Translations under genes and position numbers: made by a program
Origin: a virus
Taxonomy: Duplodnaviria; Caudoviricetes
Virus record (IMG/VR): IMGVR_UViG_3300032321_001270
Location: 64,001 to 128,000 of that record
Length of the DNA stretch: 64,000 nucleotides
Reading direction: 5' to 3' (one strand)
In this document: positions 20,151 to 28,610 of the stretch, piece after piece
Layout: each line of letters begins with the position of its first letter
How positions within the stretch are numbered: the first letter of the stretch is position 1
The notes under the pieces: generated by a model
What the model saw: only the letters and a program-made list of their open reading frames with translations
Told to the model about the DNA's origin: nothing
Database searches by the model: none

Positions 20151-22778
20151 TCAGTTGACGATAGTGGGAGTTAAACCGGCAGTGGAGCGCAAATAGTCGG
20201 CGTCAAAAAACTCTTTTTCAACTTTGAGTATCCTATACAAATCACCCGGAAAATCTACTGCAAAGACGGGGTTAACACCGGGACTAGCGCCGTCACCGGC
20301 ATCTGCGTATTCAACAAGTTGTGGGTGCTGGCCGTTGAAATCAATCACGTGGCTATACGCGCCGTTTTTGTGCAACACGACGTGATAACTACCAAGATAA
20401 CCAGACGGACCGACAGTTGAAAAAATACTGGAACGATGAACGGCTTTATTTTGCGCCAAATCAATTTCGTACATGACACCGCGAGCGTAGGGCGCGCCAT
20501 TTGGAAAATAATTTTGCGCTTTCACCGCCGTAATTGTGCCATTTGCCGTAACGCTATTTGCCGTCGGAAGAGTGTAGGTAAACGTGTTGTTGTCGATTTT
20601 TGTGACCAGAAAAACGCCGTTAAAAGCGCTTTGATTAGCACCGCTGATTTGAACATATGATCCGGTCGTAAACCCGTGGGCGGTCGCAACACCAGTGACA
20701 GTCGTGCCACTTTGAATAAGCGATGTCACAGTTTTCAACGAAATTTGTGAGGCAGCGCCGGCGAAAAAGTTTGTCTGATTATCGAATATTGTGATGACCT
20801 GATTGCCGGGTGTCAGCGGATCTACATGCGGACACCAACGCGCGTGGTGCTGCCCGCAAGTGCCGATGTATTGAAAATTTGCGTGCGTAGGTTCTGAATC
20901 AAGTGTCAGGTATTGCGTGTCCGCTGTAGTTGTTGGGTCAGCGACCGCGGCGAGCGTGACTGACGTTGTTGACGGCGGACCCTGAATCACCCATTTGACC
21001 GCTTTTGTCGTGCCGTCAATGCACATCAAAGCAGAGCAGTTACGCATGCTGCATAACACGTCACCAGTAACTGGGTGCACATCTGCCGAGTTCATATGAA
21101 AAAACGACGAAACCTGAGTGGCAGCCGTCTGATTGAAGTAATTACCGGTCCACCAATCCCACGCAACTTGTCCGGTTGTCGGGGTCTGTTCTTGGATATA
21201 AATACCGTATGCTTTGTCGGTAATCTGTTGTGATCCAGCCGCAGGGGTCGTCGGGAAGGCAACTGTAAGAACGTTGCCGCGGCGGTTAGGCGGGCCGGAG
21301 AGTTGCAACAGTTCGTGCTGCTGCCAGTCAATAATTGGACTTGTGTATGTCGTGCCGTTCTTGGTCGTAGGCAGAAACGAGTAACCACGCGACAATGCCG
21401 CGCTGGCGGTTAAATTGATAACATAACGTTGACCAGATGTACCGTTACGGCGGCTAATGACAACCGTGTTTCGGTCGTTGCCCGGATGATTGATCTGCGG
21501 CAGGCCGGCTTCTTGGCTGTACCAAAACGGCAGACCGTTTTCGTCATAAATGACGTTGTAGTTTGCCGCGTTGATGTCGCGCCGCGATGTGGTCAGGTAA
21601 TAGCCCGGAATGTAGTCCGTCGTTGGCTGCGTCGTAATCGTACCCAGCGGCATGTCCGATGGCAGCAGCCGGATGTAGTAGGCCGAAGAACCAAACGCCA
21701 CTCGAATAATTTTTCCAACAGGCGCGCTATCTGTAATAGCCACGCCATTGACCGTCAGTGTGTACGTGACCGCGTTGCCGAGCGTCGCGGAACTTGTCAG
21801 CACGCCGTAATCGTGAATGTTGGTATTGAACGCGGGAAACAATGCGCCGGTCGAGCCTGCGACAGAGATTGCCAGCGACGCTACCGGCGCGAACGTTGAT
21901 ACGTTGATAAACGACGCGGGATCAATCGGCATCGCTGCGATCGGCGGCAACGAATAAGCAGCGCCGCCACCGTTAAATAATCTTGCGGCCTCGGCGGCTG
22001 TAAGTGCGCGGTCCCAAATACCGGCGCAATCAAAACTCACATTTACTGCGGGATTGAAAGACCCAAACGTTACAACGTCGGATTCGATAGCCGTCAGCGT
22101 GTCTGTCAAACCAGTTGCGGTCGCGTTTAATACGCCGTTTATGTAGATCTTTGCGGCAGCGGCGTTGCTACCGATTGTCTCTCGCACAAGCGTGATGTGC
22201 GTCCACGCGTCAACCGGAATAGCCGCCGCGCTCGTGGCTGGCGACGAGCTGGCTGTTGTTTGTTCAGTCCAACTCAAAGTGCGATTTGAATTTATTTGGA
22301 CGTAACCTGTTTCATTTAGCACACCGAACGGCCCAAACGAAAGAATCGTTGTTTCGACCTCGGGCGCAGCATAGATTTTCAACCAAAACGCAATTGTGCG
22401 TCGCGTAGAAAAAGAATGCGGCGCGTATAAAAAATTAGCATGCGATAACGTCAGTCCGGTGTTTTGAACGCTAGGTGTTGCCGTCGTGGCCGAAACAGGA
22501 ACAAAGAGCGGATGTGAGTTGCCAGATACGTCGGGCACATTACCGACAGTCTGATCAAACAGCCAAAACGCATGAAGACCATTAAGCAGGCTGTCATACA
22601 CAATTTCGCCGCCGTCGACACTGGCGGCTTGCGTTAGCTCAACCACAGTGCCGTCGGCTTTACGTGTAAAAAGTTTGCCGTCCGCGGTATTAACAGCCAA
22701 CTCACCGGCAGACAAATTATCGGCGGCAGGAACAGCGCCAGTTACATCGCTACGCTTATGCTTGATGATATTTGTCAT
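20151..22778 (-). CDS. Fibre protein: phage fibre N-terminus, LamG, cadherin-like segment and arylsulfotransferase-like domain
   Basis: IKHKRS...GELAVNTADGKLF N-terminus; LamG; LFPAFNTNIHDY; FFHMNSAD, CSMRN, QHHAR, IFDNQ and LYR motifs. Confidence 0.75.
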   Translation of the reverse strand: MTNIIKHKRSDVTGAVPAADNLSAGELAVNTADGKLFTRKADGTVVELTQAASVDGGEIVYDSLLNGLHAFWLFDQTVGNVPDVSGNSHPLFVPVSATTATPSVQNTGLTLSHANFLYAPHSFSTRRTIAFWLKIYAAPEVETTILSFGPFGVLNETGYVQINSNRTLSWTEQTTASSSPATSAAAIPVDAWTHITLVRETIGSNAAAAKIYINGVLNATATGLTDTLTAIESDVVTFGSFNPAVNVSFDCAGIWDRALTAAEAARLFNGGGAAYSLPPIAAMPIDPASFINVSTFAPVASLAISVAGSTGALFPAFNTNIHDYGVLTSSATLGNAVTYTLTVNGVAITDSAPVGKIIRVAFGSSAYYIRLLPSDMPLGTITTQPTTDYIPGYYLTTSRRDINAANYNVIYDENGLPFWYSQEAGLPQINHPGNDRNTVVISRRNGTSGQRYVINLTASAALSRGYSFLPTTKNGTTYTSPIIDWQQHELLQLSGPPNRRGNVLTVAFPTTPAAGSQQITDKAYGIYIQEQTPTTGQVAWDWWTGNYFNQTAATQVSSFFHMNSADVHPVTGDVLCSMRNCSALMCIDGTTKAVKWVIQGPPSTTSVTLAAVADPTTTADTQYLTLDSEPTHANFQYIGTCGQHHARWCPHVDPLTPGNQVITIFDNQTNFFAGAASQISLKTVTSLIQSGTTVTGVATAHGFTTGSYVQISGANQSAFNGVFLVTKIDNNTFTYTLPTANSVTANGTITAVKAQNYFPNGAPYARGVMYEIDLAQNKAVHRSSIFSTVGPSGYLGSYHVVLHKNGAYSHVIDFNGQHPQLVEYADAGDGASPGVNPVFAVDFPGDLYRILKVEKEFFDADYLRSTAGLTPTIVN

Positions 22779-22792
22779 CTTTTACCCTGTGA

Positions 22793-24742
22793 TTAGTATG
22801 CGCCGCCGTCCAGAACAGACGATGTGTATAAAACAGTGCCGCCGGCACCAAGCGCAATTGCTGCGCCATCGGCCCCGCTAAACGCAAGCGTGTTGTTCGC
22901 GGTAAGTGTTTTACCGTTTACAATCGTGAGCGTTGCGCTCGTAGCCGGTTGTGTGAGCGTGACTTTGTTGATAGACGTCGCCGTAGCGGCGCCAATTGTT
23001 ACGATGCTCGTGGATCCCGCAGCTGGGGCAGCGCCCACACTGGCCGCGGTCAGGGTCACAGCCCCTGTTTGTCCGTTTACGCTGCTTATGATATTTGAAG
23101 CCGGACTTCCCGCAGCGCCAGTCGCGCCTTGAGGGCCGGTAGCTCCTGTTGCACCGTCGCTGCCGGCGGGTCCAGCAAAACCGCCCGGTCCGGTTGCTCC
23201 GCTCACGCCAACCGGACCTGTGGCGCCCGTAACTCCAACAGGACCAGTAGCGCCAACAGGGCCAGAAGCACCAGTCACACCAGTGGCGCCTGTAGAACCG
23301 GAAGTTCCATTTGTACCCGCCGGGCCAGTTGCGCCAACAGGGCCAGAAGCACCAGTCACACCAGTGGCGCCAGTAACGCCCTGTGCGCCGCTGATACCAG
23401 TAGCACCCTGTATGCCTGTCGCGCCTGTGACACCAACAGGCCCAGTAGCGCCAGTAATACCGATTGAACCAGTAGCACCGGTTGAGCCTTGTATGCCTGT
23501 CGCGCCTGTGACACCAACAGGCCCAGTAGCGCCGGTAATACCGATCGCGCCGGTTGCACCTGTTACGCCGGTGATTCCACGTAAACCAGTAGCACCAGTG
23601 ATACCGCTCGCGCCCTGCGGGCCACGAATAGGCCCGACGTTTACCCACGCGGTGCCTGTCCACACAACACCGTCGCCAGACAAGCCATCGGGCGCGCCGG
23701 CTGGAATTGGCGTACTTAGTAGCCACATGTCGCCGATAGACGGGCTGAGCGATGGCGGCCAAGAATAAACAGTGCCTTTGATAGTTACGCCGGACCCTGC
23801 GTCACCTTTAGGGCCGGTTGGACCAGTGATACCTGTTGCGCCCTGAATGCCGGTAGAACCAACTACGCCGGTCGCGCCGGTTACGCCGACAGGACCGGTT
23901 GCGCCGGTGATGCCGCGTACGCCAGTCGCGCCTGTAATGCCATCCAAACCAGTAGCGCCAGTTGGGCCGTCGGCGCCTGTAGGGCCGGTTACGCCAGCCG
24001 CGCCCGTCGCCCCCGTTACGCCCCTTAAACCTGTTGGACCAGCTATACCGGTTGCGCCAGAAATACCAATTGGGCCGGATGGGCCTGTCGGTCCGGTCGG
24101 TCCGTTGACGCCGGCAGAACCAGCCGGGCCTGTCGCGCCTGTTACACCAATAGAGCCGGCAGCGCCACTAACACCAGTAGCACCCTGTATACCTGTGGCC
24201 CCGGTTATACCTATTGCGCCGGTAGGACCGGCAATACCGGTCGCGCCCGTCGTACCGACACCAGTAGCGCCGGTTACACCAGTCAAACCGCGTAAACCCG
24301 TTGCACCAATTACTCCGGTGGCGCCAGTCGCGCCCGTAGTGCCCGCGGCGCCAGTGGGACCATTAATGCCGGCCTCGCCAGCGGGGCCTGTCGCACCAGT
24401 GGCGCCGACAACGCCTGTCGCACCCAGCGGACCAGCGACACCTTGATAGCCGGTCGCACCGAGCAAACCAGACTGACCAGCCGGCCCCTGCGGACCAGTT
24501 GCGCCGGTGGGACCAACCACGCCAGTAGCGCCGGTTACGCCTGTCGCGCCGCGCAATCCTGTTGCACCGGTTGCGCCGGAGGCGCCGTCAACGCCAGTGG
24601 GACCACTTACGCCAAGAAGCGCACCAACAGTAGTGCGCTTTGTAACAAGGTTATTTGGATTCTGCGTATCAACGATCGGGATAATGTCGTTGAGCGCCGG
24701 TGTCTGCTTTTCAGGCAACGACGAGATTTTTTTATTTGCCAT
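22793..24742 (-). CDS. Collagen-like fibre protein, paralog of 6634..8784
   Basis: GXT triplets; KKISSLP N-terminus; the same central WPP...W..VG interruption. Start chosen by alignment to the paralog (the track starts at 24751). Confidence 0.9.
   Translation of the reverse strand: MANKKISSLPEKQTPALNDIIPIVDTQNPNNLVTKRTTVGALLGVSGPTGVDGASGATGATGLRGATGVTGATGVVGPTGATGPQGPAGQSGLLGATGYQGVAGPLGATGVVGATGATGPAGEAGINGPTGAAGTTGATGATGVIGATGLRGLTGVTGATGVGTTGATGIAGPTGAIGITGATGIQGATGVSGAAGSIGVTGATGPAGSAGVNGPTGPTGPSGPIGISGATGIAGPTGLRGVTGATGAAGVTGPTGADGPTGATGLDGITGATGVRGITGATGPVGVTGATGVVGSTGIQGATGITGPTGPKGDAGSGVTIKGTVYSWPPSLSPSIGDMWLLSTPIPAGAPDGLSGDGVVWTGTAWVNVGPIRGPQGASGITGATGLRGITGVTGATGAIGITGATGPVGVTGATGIQGSTGATGSIGITGATGPVGVTGATGIQGATGISGAQGVTGATGVTGASGPVGATGPAGTNGTSGSTGATGVTGASGPVGATGPVGVTGATGPVGVSGATGPGGFAGPAGSDGATGATGPQGATGAAGSPASNIISSVNGQTGAVTLTAASVGAAPAAGSTSIVTIGAATATSINKVTLTQPATSATLTIVNGKTLTANNTLAFSGADGAAIALGAGGTVLYTSSVLDGGAY
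23250..23371. repeat. 41-nt exact direct repeat at 81-nt period within the collagen gene
   Basis: gcgccaacagggccagaagcaccagtcacaccagtggcgcc at 23250-23290 and 23331-23371. Confidence 0.85.
23409..23545. repeat. Near-exact direct repeat of about 56 nt at 81-nt period within the collagen gene
   Basis: tgtatgcctgtcgcgcctgtgacaccaacaggcccagtagcgcc(a/g)gtaataccgat at about 23409 and about 23490. Confidence 0.8.
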
Positions 24743-24756
24743 AGCGCGCACCTATT

Positions 24757-25053
24757 TTAATACGAGTCTTCTTCTTCCTCGCGTGGGCGGTGCTTGCGCT
24801 TCTTGTCAGATTTGACGCCCTCAAGGTCGTCCGCCGCGCGCACCAGCCATTTGGCTAATTTTCGGGCATCGGCGGGAGAGAGCAGGGGTAATTGCGGGCC
24901 ATAAACATCGATAACAATTCCTGCTTCGGTGTGGTTGCCGGCATCCCAATCCCCTGATTGCAAGCTTACCGTCGGAGATTCGTCTGGCGATTTAGCCGTG
25001 TTCACGTTCTTAAATTCTATGTGATCCGGCTTGTTAACAACAACTGTGGCCAC
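24757..25053 (-). CDS. Hypothetical protein
   Basis: GTG start with GAGG upstream; fits the operon. Confidence 0.65.
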   Translation of the reverse strand: MATVVVNKPDHIEFKNVNTAKSPDESPTVSLQSGDWDAGNHTEAGIVIDVYGPQLPLLSPADARKLAKWLVRAADDLEGVKSDKKRKHRPREEEEDSY

Positions 25054-25058
25054 GGAAA

Positions 25059-25331
25059 TTATTCCTCCTGTAAATCATCAACAATCACAGGCGTCATATC
25101 TCCCGCCCGTAATACCACAAATTTGCCGCCGTAATACTCGTCCGCATCTTCGCGGGAAAGACCGTCGGCTAAAAGTTTGGAATAAATTTTGGCCTTACTG
25201 TAGACCGCGATAGGCCCGGAGTCGGAAATGTATCCGACGCCTATAAGCGCGCTATTCATATTGTCAAATAACACGGCTTCGGGATTTAGGTCCGAAAGCT
25301 CTGCCACAATTCGCTGTGTGTGTGTATGCAT
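25059..25331 (-). CDS. Conserved phage hypothetical protein
   Basis: FD...ALIGV...AVYS..KI...EDADEY...TPVIV pattern recalled from phage hypotheticals. Confidence 0.7.
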   Translation of the reverse strand: MHTHTQRIVAELSDLNPEAVLFDNMNSALIGVGYISDSGPIAVYSKAKIYSKLLADGLSREDADEYYGGKFVVLRAGDMTPVIVDDLQEE

Positions 25332-25844
25332 TTAATTGATTCCGTTTTGAACGTCTTCCAGAAATAAGATAGCAATATCGCTGGCGCGGCGATAGCCCTC
25401 GCGAACACCGCGCTGATATTCAGGATCTCCGGGCGGCGTATTTTTGTCAGTCATATCGGCAATTGTTGCAAGTGCCGCTATAAACTTGTTGCGTAATTCG
25501 CGGTATTCCGGCGAATTAAATACAACACCGCGTTCCACAGACTTTGTTGGAGCGCATATGTCGGATGCGACTATAACCTCCATACCCATACGCTGTAGAG
25601 TTTTGGTTGCATGCGTTAAAGAATCAAAATCGACAAAAGCCTGTGGTGTCCGGGGCACATACCGCTGCGCTAGTTGGTGCAACAGCCGACAAATATTCAA
25701 AAGTTCAAGAAACCGCCCGTGAATGCTAGCGTCTTTTGCCCGCAGTTTTTCTGCTTTAATTTTGGCTGCGTTCTTTGTCAGGCGTACAAACTTTTCTCGT
25801 TCGGCTTTTTTCTGCAAAACTTCCGGCGCGATAATAAGCTGCAT
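25332..25844 (-). CDS. Hypothetical protein
   Basis: 170-aa ORF abutting the downstream start. Confidence 0.6.
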   Translation of the reverse strand: MQLIIAPEVLQKKAEREKFVRLTKNAAKIKAEKLRAKDASIHGRFLELLNICRLLHQLAQRYVPRTPQAFVDFDSLTHATKTLQRMGMEVIVASDICAPTKSVERGVVFNSPEYRELRNKFIAALATIADMTDKNTPPGDPEYQRGVREGYRRASDIAILFLEDVQNGIN

Positions 25845-25862
25845 GTGATTCCTTTTACCTAA

Positions 25863-26486
25863 TTAACGTACAACAGTCGAACCCCGGTAAGCGTCCGAGA
25901 ACAGACGATACACATAAGCGTGCGTTTCTTCCACATCACGATCGGCATTGATGTGGTGAACAATTCCGGTGTGCGGACTATTTGCCGCGTGTGTTTGATA
26001 GGCTGCGCGCATTCTGTTTTGATCTTCAACACAGCGCCGCTCGTAACGGTCGCTAGGTCCGCGAGGACGCCGTGATCGCGAAACCACCGGATCAATGTCC
26101 ATTAAAAAACAAACGTCGGGACAAACGCACGATGTTGCGCAAAAAATGTTTGTGATCAAATCGAGGGCGATATTGTTTATTTCCCCCTGATACACGAGTG
26201 TCGACAAAAGCCACCTATCACAAATAATAACAACACCGGCCCGCATCTGCTCTTCAATATGCGCGGATAATTCGGCACGAGCCGCAGAGAAAAGAAGCAT
26301 CTGTGCCGCGGGAGATATCGGATCGTCGTTGTGCAGAAGGATTTGCCTGATAGCCGTTCCGATTTTCGTCGTGCCGGGATCTGCAACAAGTTCAGCGGGC
26401 ACGTTTTCTTTTGTTAACCGCTGATACAGCATGCGCGCCTGCGTCGTTTTGCCGGCGCCGTCAATACCCTCAAAGCAAACAAACAC
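25863..26486 (-). CDS. tmk: Thymidylate (dTMP) kinase
   Basis: FEGIDGAGKTTQ P-loop, DPGTT, LLFSAAR, CDRW..STLVYQG and DRYE motifs. Confidence 0.95.
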   Translation of the reverse strand: MFVCFEGIDGAGKTTQARMLYQRLTKENVPAELVADPGTTKIGTAIRQILLHNDDPISPAAQMLLFSAARAELSAHIEEQMRAGVVIICDRWLLSTLVYQGEINNIALDLITNIFCATSCVCPDVCFLMDIDPVVSRSRRPRGPSDRYERRCVEDQNRMRAAYQTHAANSPHTGIVHHINADRDVEETHAYVYRLFSDAYRGSTVVR

Positions 26487-26503
26487 AAAAAGCCTTTCTT
26501 AAA

Positions 26504-26920
26504 TTAGCGCCCCGTAATTTGAAAGCTTTGCGAATCGCCGGCGATTGGCTTAGAAATTTTGATTTGATTACCGGTAATACCCACTTCACCCGGAACAGGA
26601 ATTACCAGCTCTTCGGCCGGCTCGAACAGCAGTAGTTCTTTTCCATCCGCAAATCTCAGCGAAATTCCGTTGATCGTGTGTCCAATGCCGACAACGCCTG
26701 TGGACGCAAGCCATGTCGCCGCGTAGTCGCAAAACACACGGAGCTGCCCCGCGTCTAGAGCCGGGTTGTTGGCCGTGAAATCGTCAAGAATCTTGTTCAA
26801 CACTTCGCTTGCGGGCATAGCGACCTTCCTTTTTCTTTTTGGTGGAAGCTGTTTTTGCTTTTTCAGCGGCTGCGGCTCTGGCGCGTATACCGGTTGTATG
26901 TTGCGCCACAATTTTGTCAA
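26504..26920 (-). CDS. Hypothetical protein (start uncertain)
   Basis: Fills the gap between the HD gene and tmk. Confidence 0.55.
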   Translation of the reverse strand: MTKLWRNIQPVYAPEPQPLKKQKQLPPKRKRKVAMPASEVLNKILDDFTANNPALDAGQLRVFCDYAATWLASTGVVGIGHTINGISLRFADGKELLLFEPAEELVIPVPGEVGITGNQIKISKPIAGDSQSFQITGR

Positions 26921-27548
26921 GTTTTGCTTTATGCTTGCACGCTTTAATCGTCTGGCTTATGTCATTGAGCATGTTGCGAGCAGCGTGAACGTACATACGC
27001 AGAACGTAATACCGACTCGCTGCCTGAATGGCTAGAAGATCGCCGTCAAGCTGTGTGAGAAGCTTTTTGGCTTTTGGCGTTGCTTGAATACCGGCCTTGG
27101 CAAGTGCATTTAAGATATCTTTAGCTGTACAGATGATGTCAGCCACCACAATAATTTGCGAGCCGATAGGGCTTTGACTTAAGCGGCCGCGAAACTCCAT
27201 GTCGCGCTTAGTTTCTACCAGCCGAAAGTCGCGGCTAATGTCGGCAACCATTGCGGCGACCTGTACCGTTGATATCTCAGCAATATTTTCAAACGCACAC
27301 GAACTAACGTTGATAACGTCGTGAAGTAGCGCGCCGTGAACAATGGCCGCAATACTTTCCTTCGTGTCGTCCGGCATAAAATCGACGCGCACATCTTGAT
27401 ATAGTTTTTGCGCGATGACCTCCGCTTGCTGCGCTACAAGCTTGCAGTGATCAAGCAAATTTATGCCGATGCTAGTGCTACGCCCTACATAATGCGTCGC
27501 CGCAAATTCTAGTGTTTTTTGAATCGGTGATCCTTCCGGCTTTTTCAT
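26784..27548 (-). CDS. HD-domain protein, RelA/SpoT-Mesh1 hydrolase-like and divergent
   Basis: H...ALLHDV...VA.MV..IS.D...IIVVAD pattern; ATG at 27548 follows GGAG. Confidence 0.7.
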   Translation of the reverse strand: MKKPEGSPIQKTLEFAATHYVGRSTSIGINLLDHCKLVAQQAEVIAQKLYQDVRVDFMPDDTKESIAAIVHGALLHDVINVSSCAFENIAEISTVQVAAMVADISRDFRLVETKRDMEFRGRLSQSPIGSQIIVVADIICTAKDILNALAKAGIQATPKAKKLLTQLDGDLLAIQAASRYYVLRMYVHAARNMLNDISQTIKACKHKAKLDKIVAQHTTGIRARAAAAEKAKTASTKKKKEGRYARKRSVEQDS

Positions 27549-27565
27549 GGCATCTCCATATGCCC

Positions 27566-28609
27566 TTAAACTAGTCTCAGTATTGTCCGCCACCCCAATT
27601 CAAATGATTTACTACGTGTAGACAAGTTGTAATTCACTCGTTTGTTGAGGTTGTCGATGTGGCCGGGCTCAGCAATCATCGTTTGCAGTACAGTCACCAA
27701 TTTTTCATAGTCTGGCGCGGCGTGTGGGACGCCGTTATCGTCATAATCAACGCGTGTTTTTACAAGCACGCCATTTGCGTCTTGATACACGAAATCGATT
27801 TGTGGGGATAGAGCAAAAGACAAGACTGGCGTGCCGCAGCTAATCGATGTGAGGCTGCATAACCCGTAGTTGTCGCACTCTGCCGGAAATAACGTCAGAT
27901 CGTGCGCCGTGTACATCGCCGGGCGTTTAGATAACTGAACGTTGCGCACAAGTTTGACCCGCCCGTGTGTTTTGCGCCCAAGCGTTTGAAAAAACTTGGC
28001 AATAGACGGCGCAAACCGGCTAGACGTAATAGCCACGGTCAGCTGCGCGTCCGGCATTCGCTCAAGCAAGTAACCGAGCAAACCCAAAAACTGGCTGTGG
28101 GCGCAGCGGGCATTCCGGTCAAACCACGGCAAAAATATCTTTATCTGCCGGCTGTTGATTGCTTTCGTTTTTTTAATTGCCGGCAAACCGACGTCAAATG
28201 GGATAAACGTGACATTTTTCAGTTTGTATATTTTGGCAAACAACTCGCGCGCTTCGGCGTTCATGGCAATTACGTGATCCGCCCTGTTCATAACTTTTTT
28301 GAACGGGCGCTCAAGTTCTTGCCACATCGGCACAATAATCGTCCGAACGCCGACGCGCTTGGTGTAGTTAAGCGTGTCTAGTTTGGGAGGGTGCGTCCAG
28401 ATAATGATTTGGCAAGTTTTTGCCCATTGCGTAAATGAGCATTTCTTTTTGTGCACCACGCTACGGTCGTATTCTGTTTTCAACTTGGCCGGCTGTGTGT
28501 TTGAATACAGCGTGCAGTCAGCGCCCTGAGTGCGTAAAAACCCAGCAAGACGCAGCGCAAAATACGCTTCGTCGCAGTGCGCATAATGTGTATAGATGCC
28601 GATACGCAT
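27566..28609 (-). CDS. GT-B fold (GT4-like) glycosyltransferase homolog
   Basis: MRIGIY N-terminus; Y..HDLTLFPAECDNYGL.SL.SISCGTPV matches the GT4 C-terminal pattern; starts just after the portal stop codon. Confidence 0.7.
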   Translation of the reverse strand: MRIGIYTHYAHCDEAYFALRLAGFLRTQGADCTLYSNTQPAKLKTEYDRSVVHKKKCSFTQWAKTCQIIIWTHPPKLDTLNYTKRVGVRTIIVPMWQELERPFKKVMNRADHVIAMNAEARELFAKIYKLKNVTFIPFDVGLPAIKKTKAINSRQIKIFLPWFDRNARCAHSQFLGLLGYLLERMPDAQLTVAITSSRFAPSIAKFFQTLGRKTHGRVKLVRNVQLSKRPAMYTAHDLTLFPAECDNYGLCSLTSISCGTPVLSFALSPQIDFVYQDANGVLVKTRVDYDDNGVPHAAPDYEKLVTVLQTMIAEPGHIDNLNKRVNYNLSTRSKSFELGWRTILRLV

Positions 28610-28610
28610 A

